Shown here in pieces: positions 38,801 through 50,800 of a DNA stretch of 64,000 nucleotides. The notes under the pieces were generated by a model, which was not told the origin of the DNA, did not search any database, and worked only from the letters and a program-made list of their open reading frames with translations. The position numbers and the translations under genes are program-made. Numbering within the stretch: position 1 is the stretch's first letter; each line of letters begins with the position of its first letter. This DNA comes from Antedon mediterranea (taxonomy: Eukaryota > Animalia > Echinodermata), in the NCBI RefSeq assembly GCF_964355755.1, contig NC_092675.1, positions 6,939,812 through 7,003,811 on the forward strand. Reading direction: 5' to 3'.

Positions 38801-41800
38801 TTCAAAACCAGCAGGACACAGACATGAGAATGCATCAATACCATCAATACACGTAGCATTGTTCTGGCAAGGTAAATCAGCACATTCATTAATTTCAATT
38901 TCACACATATTTCCAAGAAAACCTGCTATGCAATTACATTCGAAACCGTTTAATAAATCAATGCAGGTTCCTAAATTGAAACAAGGAGAACTCTGACACT
39001 CGTTAACATCGGTTTCACAGAAGTCTCCAACATATCCTGGTGTACAAATACAGACAAACCGATTGACTTCTTCTGCACAGGTGGCTCCATTCTGACATGG
39101 GTTACTCTGACACTCAAGAATCTCCAGTTCACACAATGTGCTATAAAATCCTTGACGGCATTGACATCTGTAACCACGGACTTCATCAACACACGTAGCC
39201 CCATTAAAACATGGAACGCTTGTACATTCGTCTACATCTACTTCACAAGTATTTCCTTCAAAACCAGACAAACAGTAACAGTTGTAACCATTTAGTAGGT
39301 TTTCACATACACCATCGTTTTTACATGGATCGCTCAAGCATTCATTTATGTCTTGCTGACAGTTATTCTCGCCATAACCAGGAATGCAAAGACATGTGTA
39401 ACCATTGACACCATCGATACATGTGCCACCATTTCTGCATGGACTGCTAAAGCATTCATCAATGTCACTTTCACAATGTGAACCGGCATAACCTGGCAGA
39501 CACACACATATATAAGAATTTACATTATCAATACATTGAGCTGAATTAAGACATGGTTGACTTTCACATTCATTTATTTGTATTTGACAATTTACTCCGG
39601 TATAACCATCAGGACAGATGCAAGAATATCTGTTGATTTCATCCACACAAAGGCCATTTACACAAGGATTACTACTGCACTCTTGAACCTGTACTTCACA
39701 GTTACTTCCTGATACACCATCAACACATGTGCAGACATACATATTAATCTGATCTTCACAAATTCCTCCATTCTGGCATGGCTGACTTCCACACTCATCT
39801 ATATTCTGTTCGCATCGTGTTCCTTGGTAACCAGACACACAGTTGCATATATACATGTTTACAAGATCTTCGCAAGTTGCACCATTAACGCAAGGACTAC
39901 TTGAACACTCATTGATATTAGCCTCACACAGTGTACCAGTAAAGCCACCAAGACAGTCACAAGCAAAAGCATTGTTAAGTTCTTGACAGTTTGCTCCATT
40001 TCTGCACGGATTACTACCACACTCTAAAGTCTCAGCTTCACAGTTTGTCCCCAAGAACCCAGTAAGACACTGACATGTATATCCAGCTTGCCGGTCAGTA
40101 CATTGACCTCCATTTTGGCAAGGACCGCTGTTACATTCATCTACTTCTAATGAGCAGGTCACACCTATAAAACCAGGATTACATAAGCAAACAAATTCAC
40201 CAATGGCATTTATACAGGCAGCATCATTTGTACATGGGTTGCTTTGACATTCATTGATGTCAACTTCGCACCTACTGCCCTCATAGCCTAGAACACATTG
40301 GCACAAGTAACCACCCATCTGGTCAAGACAAAAAGCACCATTAATGCAAGGGCTACTGTTACACTCATTGATCTCAAATTCGCAGTTGACTCCTTGATAA
40401 CCTTCTGTACATGAGCAAAAGTATCGGTCGACGTAGTCTTCACATTGTGCATTATTCTGGCATGGATTGCTCCCGCATTCATCAATCTCAATGTCACAGT
40501 TAATGCCAATGAATCCTGGAAAGCAAGTGCAGACATATCTGTTAACTTCCTCAACACATGTCCCTCCATTCTTGCAAGGAGCACTATCACATTCTTTAAC
40601 TTCAAATTCACAAAATGTGCCACCAAAGCCGTTAAGACAATTGCATTGAAATCTATTTACTTGGTCACTGCATATTCCTCCATTTTGACAAGGAGCACTA
40701 GCACACTCATTTACGTTGGTTTCGCAAGATACACCAATAAATCCAGGATCGCAGATACATGTAAACCGGTTGATTTCGTCCAAGCATTCAGCATTGTTTT
40801 GGCAAGGGTTACTAGAGCATTCATTATTCTGAGTTTCACAGTTAGTCCCGGAAAAACCTAGTTGGCAGTTACATCGATAACCTCCTACCAACTCCTGACA
40901 GACAGCATTATTTTGGCATGGACTGCTAGAACATTCCAATATTTCTGTCTGGCAAAATGAGCCAACATATCCAATTGGACAAAGACAAGAAAACTCATTG
41001 ATGCGATCTTGGCATGCTCCACCATTTTGACATGGAAAACTGGCACACTCATTAGTGTTTACTTCACATAGTGTTCCAGTAAATCCAGGTAGACACTCAC
41101 AAAAGTATCCATTCAGTTGATCAAAGCATGTCGCTTGATTAAGACATGGATTGCTGTTGCATTCATCTGTTTCAGCCTGGCACTGCAGACCTTCATATCC
41201 TGGACGGCAAAGACAAAAGAAAGAGTCAACAAGATTGGAGCATATAGCTTCATTCAGACATGGATTACTGGCACATTCATCAATTTCAATGTTGCACTGA
41301 ACTCCTGTGTAACCTCCACGGCATTCACACAAGTATCCGTTAACTTGATCAGCACACACGGAGTTCTGTAGACATGGATTACTTGTGCATTCGTTGATAT
41401 TTACCTCACATGTTACTCCAGAAAAACCAGTCGCACATTGACACGTGTACTGGTTAACAAAATCAAGGCATATGGCACCATTTAAACATGGTGAACTTTC
41501 GCATTCGTTAATTTGATTTTGACAAAGTTCACCAGTAAAGCCATCAGGGCAGTTACACTGAAAAGCATTCACAAGGTCGGTACAGATTGCTGAAGACTGG
41601 CAGGGACTACTGGCACATTCGTCTATGTTCATTTCACAATTGGTACCTAAGGGTAAAAAATACATGTAATACACACAAAACATTAAATATTACATCCAGC
41701 ACATGTACATAAAATTATATAATCTCAGGGAAGGATAAAAAAACATTTACAGGGCCAAAAATCACCACAAATATTCAGTAATAAAATAATAGAGAAACAA

Positions 41801-44800
41801 AATGTTACCGATTAAATTCAGGTTATTAAATTAATTATTAAGTACATTTTTTGAACTTATACTTTAAATTTTAATAAAAATCAAATGGTAATAATAAAAA
41901 TTATAGTAGATTTCACTATCACTTTTGCAGTAAGATGAATTTATTTCACATTTATAAATAACCCTGATGTAAGAAAAGGTGGGAAAAGAGATAGGGTCAG
42001 AGGAGTTAACAAATTTTAAAAATAGTATTACCAAGCAATACCAAAAAAAAAATCCATACAAATGGTAAAATATAAAATGAATTGCACAGTGATTCTTAAG
42101 AATGTACCTTCATAGCCAGGAATACAAAAACATTGATAGGCAAGGGCCAAATCTTGGCATACTCCAAAGTTTTGGCAAGGTTGACTGGAACACTGGTCTC
42201 CATCTACCGTACAATGAGTTCCTGACCATCCCGGTGTACATAAACAACGGTAACCCATTATTTCATTGCTGCATTGACCTGGAAAAAAATCAAAAGGTAT
42301 AACATTTCCTAAAAAAATTTTATCCTTAGTACCACTATTATTTGCAATTATCAAAACCATCTGCATTCAAGCATGAAAATTACACAAACCAATAGTGTTG
42401 CTGCCCACTTACCTGGATATAAAACCAAAATAGGCCTTTTCCCCTCTGAGGTAGATAACAAAATCTTTGAATGATACTCTAAGATAATGAAATTGTCTAT
42501 GTACCATGTCCTCAAATAGGTATTCCATGCATACATCACTGTCCATGAGTGGGGACGATTCCAATATTATGGAGATACATTTAGAATTTGTTGTTTTTGA
42601 GTTTTGTTTTCACTCGGAGCAGAAAGACCTTTATTTATTTATCCAGGTAAGCTAGGCACAAAACTGATTATCTCACCTCCATTTTGACATGGACTACTAA
42701 GACATTCATTGATAAGATCTTCATCACAGATAAAACCCCCGAAACCACTTGGACACACACAAGTATAGGCCTGCACAAGATCTTGGCATGTTCCACCGTA
42801 AAGACATGGGTTAGTAGCACACTGATCACCATCATCTTCACAGATTACACCCGTGAACCCATTACGACAACTGCATTCGTAACCAGTTGATGTATCGTCA
42901 CATACTCCTAAAAGAATTGTTACAAAATTGTTTAGTTGGAATTAGATGTAATATTGAATCTTTTTTGGATACAGCAGAACTCCTCCAAATTCAGGGGCAG
43001 TCTCAAACCTGTGAGAACACGATTCTGTGAAACGAAGGGTAAATATATTTTAGCCCTATATGGCCAATTCCTATTCAAGAGACACCTCTATTAAGAAGAC
43101 TTTGGTCCTATGCAATTTTAAATTATTACTCCGTTTTTGATCATCTGCATCTTAAGCCAATCCTTGCTTTGTTAGAGTTTCTAGTTCACAAAATCTTAAT
43201 CATTACTTATGTTCATTTTCATTTACTTCTGATAGCAGAAAAAATGAAATTTTAATTGTAAATAAAATAGGAGGCCACTTTCGATTTGCAACAAACTAGC
43301 CCCTAGGTGCAAATCTAGCCTCACTATACACATGTTATTATCAAACTAACCTCCATTCAAACAAGGTGCACTGCTACATTCATTTGTCTCAATTTCGCAT
43401 AACTCTCCACTATAACCAGACACACAAACGCATTCAAAGCCACCAATCTGATCAAAACAAGTTCCTCCATTTTGGCAGTTTGTAATGAGACATTCGTTGA
43501 TCTGGACTTCGCAAAATGTACCTACGAAGCCGTTAATGCATGTGCAGGAAAACGCATTGTTTCCATTAACGCATGTGGCACCATTTTCACATGGTGAGCT
43601 AATACATTCATCAATTTCAACTTCACAATGTGTACCTGAAAAAAGACAAGAAATATTTACTTTACTTACTAAAAGATCCACTGATTAGTTTAAAGAATAT
43701 GGCAACTTTAAAAATGACAACTGTGAGGCCACCATTCACTCTATGCTATATCCTTTGACTTTAACTCTCTGTAGAAAAAAATGAATATAAAAATGTTTGT
43801 CCACTAGCAGTTTTTAAAACCTACAGTATAAATATCGAAATACATACCTTGAAAGCCACTAGAGCACTGACAACGGTATCCATTACTCTGGTCAACACAA
43901 GCGCCTCCGTTCTGACAGGGGGCGCTTGAACATTCTTCTTGATCAGTTTCGCAGAGGGTACCGAAGAATCCAGACATACATATGCATGTGTAACCATTTA
44001 AACCATCTTGGCACGTCCCTCCATTTTCACAAGGATTACTAGAACATTCATTGACGTTTACTTGGCACTGAACACCTTTCATAAAATAAATACATGTACA
44101 TTGTAATTTTAGTAGAAATTTTCATGTTAAATTTCAGAAAAAAAGTGTAACACCTATATTGTATACGCAAGTGTTTTATATGGTGGCATTGCCACTGGTT
44201 TAATCATTATTGAAATCCTGGTGATCCTGAGGCAAAATTTGAATCCCTGATATCCAATTAACAGGTTTCTATACGATATCTATAACCTTTGTCATCTAGA
44301 CCACACCACTGTTCTGTAGTTTAATTTCATTTAAAATATTTACTTATAATATTCAACAAAATAAAAAGAAATACAAAAATAAACCAATATTACTACGTAC
44401 TACAGTCAAACTACGAAACTACCGTATATGATCAAGTGTAATCCCATCCTAGAGTTGTATCGTACCAACACCCCATCAGTTTCCCCACCCTGAACTACCT
44501 ACTTTAGGATTAAATATAAATTGAGAAAGAATAGTGAAGGTAAATGCATTGTTAATGTAATCTTCAGTATAATCCCATCCCCTAATCTTTGGTAAATTTC
44601 ATAACCAGGTTCATGGGACTATGGACAGACCTATAGGAAAAGGTCCATGCTGGGACTATACTTAGTCATATACAGTTTGTATTCCTAGTGAAAGGTGCAA
44701 GAGACAAAACATTGTTACTTACCAGTTAAAACGTGAAATAGAAGAGAAAGAAGCATATATATACCACCACCAGAGTAGAAATAAACAGTCTACAATGCAT

Positions 44801-47800
44801 TGTACTATCACCACCAGAAGAGAATACCACAGAAAGTTTACAAAGTAAAAACAATTATTAAACATACTGATGAGGCATAAGTTCACTATAAAAGTAAACA
44901 TGGTAGGTAGTTGTGTACTGTACACCACCATGTTTACCTTTATTGCCTTTAATTATTTTTTAAAACTTTTTTTGGTCTTTGTGAGAGATGACAATGTTCA
45001 GTAGTGAGGGTACAGAAACAGCTGGGAGGTCTGGTTTACAGGAGCCAAACTTTCCTGAAGTAAGTGTTTTAACTGAACTTATGCCTCAAACAGTATACTG
45101 TAGATGTGCTGTGTGTTTAACAAGGTAATAAGGCATATGATTGGCGTATCCTAGATTTGTACAGTAAAAATAGGTGTGCTTGCTAATATTAGGTGGAAAT
45201 GTATCCACCATGAAATTTATACTTTTTTTTTAAATGCTTATTTGATACAAATAGGTATCAAACCTGCAATATCTGCTTTGTACTGTATCAGAACATTTGA
45301 ATAAATATTTTTTTGGAAGCTGCACTCTTTGGATATGCCAATGCATAACAACAAATGCAAATTATCTAATTTGGAAAATAAGTATGGAGATCAGTACAAG
45401 CACAATATCTACATCATTTTACAAGATTAGAGAGTTTTATCTTTCTGTAATTAATTTTGGTTTCAAAACATTATGAAGTATGAATTTTAAAATTGTCCAA
45501 GAAATTTGTAAATTAAAATTGATAAAAATAAGTCACTTTAATATACATTTAAAGCTTCATAAACTAAAGAATACGAAATGATTACATTTGCATAAGAAAA
45601 TGTAAATTAATCATATAATAATTTTCATGCAAAAAATTGGTGAATTATTATTGCATAATTATTATACAAACATGAAAAGAAAGCTGATGATTGGTTGAAT
45701 AAAAGCAGTACCAAACACAAGCAAAGCATGAGTGATATGTAGTGCAATAACAATGTGCAGATGGATTGTACAGTAAGACTATAGACCAATAGAGTGTGAT
45801 TTTGACTGTAAATCTACCACACTGGTTAACATGATTGTGGAGTGTTACTCTTTTATTAAATACTTTGCAGGGAATAATTTTTCCAGTGTAGCAGAGCAAA
45901 TGGCTATACAGAACTACCTGTACCTTACTGCTACTGTACACTGTTATACATTTATAAAAACAAAAGCAGCTTGATTAATATCAATATTGCTACACAAACT
46001 TTTAAAATGAAAGTTGTTCCTGTATTGTTTTACCTGTAAATCCTGGGATACAGTTGCATTGATAGGCGTTGATACGATCTATACATGTACTAAAAGTACT
46101 GCAAGGGTTACTGGCACACTCATCGAATTCACTCTCACAGTTAGCTCCTGTAAATGTGATTTTATTAATTAATTTTTATTCAATTTAATCGATTTAAAGT
46201 ATTTAATGACAAAGTAAAAGATGATAATCTGTCATGATTATGGTAGGTCTACCTGTAGCTGCGACAAAACAAGCCACAGTACTGTAATCTGTTGAGAAGA
46301 GTAGGGTGTCACCCCGGTCAATGTACTGTACTCATGCACACACATGTTATGGACAGAAGAGAGTGCTTTGATCGGAGCACCTACATGATGGGACTAAACA
46401 CACATGTAGTTGAAAAGTAACTTTTAATAATGTCATAAACAGCAATAATATCGTTGGAATGGTGCCTCAAATATTGTTATCATGTTTTTAATAGCAGGAA
46501 AGAGAGAAATTTATACACACACTCTTTCCTGGTACAGGAATGTTGAGAATGTAATACCATTGTCCCCTTAAATTATAACACTAACCTTCATATCCAGAAA
46601 GACAAAAACAAGAATATGAAACTCCTTCTGGTATACAAAAACCTCCATTCTGGCAAGGAAGGGACAAACAGACATCAAGAGGTTCCTCAGTTGTAGGTTG
46701 TGGGGGGTTAGTCACTGGTATAGGTGTGGGTGAAAGCATGGTAGGTGGCTGTGTGGCAAGCTCAGTGCAAACCTGCCCAGAAAAACCTGGAGGACAAGCA
46801 CAAGTAAAATAGGCCAAAATGGTATCGTCGCGGGGAAATGCTGTGCAAATTCCTCCATTTTGGCAAGGACTATCATCACAGGCAGTCACTGTAAATAAAA
46901 AGATAAAAGTTATTGGTTACAAATCATAAGCATTGTCTCCATCTCCAAAATACTTTTTCAAACCTTTATTATAAGGTAAGTGTATTATTTTATTATAGCA
47001 TCTCAATCAGCTATGGAATGGTATACCGTGTATCCTATGAAACTTGTAATTATGTTGGGTTAAGGCCCATTTACAGATATCTATCTATTTATCGTCAATC
47101 GTTATCGTCCTATGGGTCTTAAGGTGGGTGAAAAATATCCACCATTGAAGTCTTCAATCCAGCTCAAAACTTACTTCCACCACCATTACACCCTTGTAAC
47201 CAAGACAACAAATAGTTTCCCCACTACTGTAGGTCTTAACTTTTTCCCCAACCATTACACTTCTCTACAGTAGCTATACCAGAATTCCAGAATGTTGTAT
47301 AGCCTGCACTAATGTGACTTTGTATTATTGCGTCTTAAATGTCTATTGTATTACCTCCTTCTTGACAATTAGCTGGAGATTCATCTGATCCATCTTCACA
47401 ATCAATAAATACATCACAAATCCACCTTGAGGAAATACATTCTGTGCCATCCGCACATTCTGTCAATGACACAGTTCCTGATCCGGCACATTGTCCTATA
47501 AATTAAAACTCACAATGTTACTTGTCTCAAAAACATTCATTAAATTTACGAAAATCATTAAATAAATCCCAATAAACAAAACATAAAAACTAATTGTATA
47601 GTCATGAATGTATTTGTAAAGATGTAAATCTGCCTAAAATTGGTTGTACTGTAGTCATACAGGAATAGCCTGTATCTTAAATAAAAATAGTAGCAATTCT
47701 GTTTATCCACATTATCAAAGTAAAATAATCCTCTGGGCACTTCCAAAGAGTAGGAATCTATTATTCAGCATAAAATATAAAACAATGAGCTGAAAGACTA

Positions 47801-50800
47801 TGTGACTATTCACCCACAAACTAGTCTGGGTTCCAGACGGAGTTTTGTCTTAATATTAGTAAAAAGATAAATATTTTGGCACATATGGCGTTTCATACGT
47901 ATACTACTTGATTTTGGATACTCCGTCTGGGGAAACACGCACAAGTCACGTGGTTTGACACCAAGAATTCTTGGTGCATACGATTATCCGGTTGACTAGT
48001 TTCAGCTGCATGCGATTGGCTACTCACTCGTACACCGTTTTAATATTCATATTTCAGAATTTCAAAGACTCAACAACTAAGATGATGCGCATGCGCTATG
48101 TTACGTTTAGACAATGTGTACTTGGGTACATTTATGAAAGTTTCTGAAGGCCAGAAATTATTTTATATGCCTAGTAGATTTTTCCCAAGAACATGAAAAC
48201 TCGTCTTGATATGATAGGCTAGCTTCTCCGCAAATCAAACATTGAATGGATCATTATTACGCGGAGATAATTTTGATTTCCCACCCAGACCCTGTCCTGT
48301 TCTGTGTGGTGTGGTGTAGCCCTGTTGTGTGCCGGTGGTATGTAGGCCTACTTATTGGCGTTTTATTTGGCAGGTCATACGTGCGAGTTGAGTAGGACCT
48401 ACGAAAGAGGCCTAGGCCAAGGACTAAACAATTAATAAACAAAACAACTTGGCATATACGATTTAGTATATTTCAACAGTCTCGATCGTACATTCAGCAC
48501 TGTCACGTCCGTACTCGATCTTTTTCATTTTGAAACAAAATGATCATTGGTTGATTCGAAATCCATATTTACATACCGCCCGCCCAATATAGCCAAATAC
48601 GGTATGATAAACTACGTCATTCTTATCGGATGTTTGCGGTCTGCAAATCGATTTCTATACGTGTTTCACAAGTCTGTATTTTCAGACAAAAATCGCGGTC
48701 GAAATAAACACAAATAAATAAAAAAAAAGATAATACAGACTTGGGGCAAGTCTACCCACAAACCTGCTGTACACCACATTTTAACAAGTGTACATTAAAA
48801 AGAATCGTTTTGTTAAAAATGTCATTTTATTGAAAGAATGGATACTTGAGTACTATTAAAAAATGTCCCCTTTAATAAAAAAAAAATTGTCCCTTGATTA
48901 AAAAAAAATGTCACTTTAAATTGAAAAAATGTCACTTTAAATTGAAAAAATGTTACTTGATTGAAAGAATGTCCCTTTTAATGAAAAAAATGTCTACTTG
49001 ATGGAAAAAATGTCTCTTAATGCTGAAAAAATGTTAAAATTTTCCCTTTAATGAAAAAATGTCACTTGCTTGAAAAAAATGTCACTTTTAATTGAAAAAA
49101 ATGTCCCTTTTTATTCAGTTTTCATTAGCAACTAGACATAGATTGTAACAGCAGATGTTTGAATCAGTTTAGATTCCATACTAGTTATTAACTCTTCCAT
49201 AAAATGACAAAAAATAATCCGCTGATGAGTTCATTGTAAACTTGCAATTGTTATTGATTTCACAATAGATTAACTTGATAAAATGTCATTTAGTAAAACC
49301 ATAGACCAAAGAAACAAATTGGTATTGCATGAAATACAAAATTAGCAAAGTGAAAAATGGATACAGCAATTCATTCATTTCCTTTATATAATAGCACATC
49401 AATATTATTTTTTGTCTTGTGTGAGTTCATCTCACGTTTATTTAAATTCTCATTGGTGAATATATTATACATATACAGTAAGTACATTTGTGACAATTAA
49501 AAGTAAGTGTTTAAAGTAGTTAAAATACAGGTATATTTACATAATAAGATGCTTGAATTCAGTATAAACCATATTTGTTTTCATTTAAAATTTTAGATAC
49601 GATGTTAATTAAAATGTAAAAATGAAAAATGGCGGTAAAATACATGATTATAATTTTCTTGTTAAACTATGATCTTATTTGTGTTCGGGTAGAGAGGCTA
49701 TAAACTCAGGGGAGGAAAATGTAGTATCCTCCCTTTTCACCAAGATAAAAAGGATGAAATGAAAAAAGAGGAATGCAAAAGTTTGAAAGTTAGATATTTA
49801 GAATGATAGCATACAATGATATATTTAATGAAAACCGCACATCAATATTATTACAGTATATACAAAACAAAAAGAGAACAAATTTCACCATGACATTAAC
49901 AATTTAGCATCTTCCACAAAAAACAACCAAAAATATCAATTTGCACACATGCTGATGCAGTATGACATTACAGTTGTTCTAAACAGGTTAAAATGCAATA
50001 ATATGCAAATCACATCATTATTACTGTAATGCACTGCATCAGGGTGTCAGGTAAATAAAACCACATAAACTGGGGAAAACCTTGATAATTATTAATATCC
50101 AAGATTTTTTGTCAATTGTTGTGTCAGCATTATAATATTTCTCAAGCTGTTTATATTAATTTTTTTTTTGTCAGTGTATAAGGTTTATAATATATGATTT
50201 ACTAAAATATGATTTTAAAATGTTCTAGAATTGTTAAAACTGTAAAATGATTGGAATCAGCAATGAATCCCTAAAAACGGTAAATAAAATTCGTCAGATA
50301 CCGATCATCCCCTAAATAAACCTTTGAAGAAAAGCCAACTGGTAGATTCATTGATCACTCTAAATCAAAACACTAAACAAATTAATTGTTTATAATTTGA
50401 TTCGTGTATTTCAAATAGTAAGTTTGAAAAGATCTCTTTAGAATCACTGGATTTTAATTTTTTTTTTTTGCCTTGTGCATGTCAAATTAAACCAATCATA
50501 AATCATATTAAATCATAGAATAGTAAACCTACTACAAGGTACAAGTTCTACTACAAGTACCTGTACAAGGGGAGGGAATGCTTGCCTTGAATTTGACAAA
50601 TACAAAACATAATTTCTTATTACAGTACATCCTGACATACTGGTATTATGTTCTTAAGGGAGCAAAAATGTTGTTAATCTTTATTTTAGTTCCTTGTGGT
50701 GTTGTGCAAGTGTTGAACCCCCTGTCAATGCATGTCGCCCTTCTGTCTGAGAAATTCTGGCACCACCACCTTGTACTACTGTAGATCATATGATGTGAAT

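Noticed and set aside
36558-41371. Many short antisense or alternate-frame ORFs over the giant exon, and 10856-11345 over the collagen repeat
   Set aside because: Shadow frames of repetitive coding sequence with no independent motifs.
21140-46890. Notch, Crumbs or fibropellin identity for the EGF array
   Set aside because: No LNR, ankyrin or TM segment, no CUB or avidin domain, and no ERLI tail. The exons splice in phase into five LamG domains.
47172-47303. Possible extra EYS exon (ag...GTAAGT) after the LDLa exon
   Set aside because: It has an in-frame stop in the required phase, and the upstream intron would be only about 50 nt.
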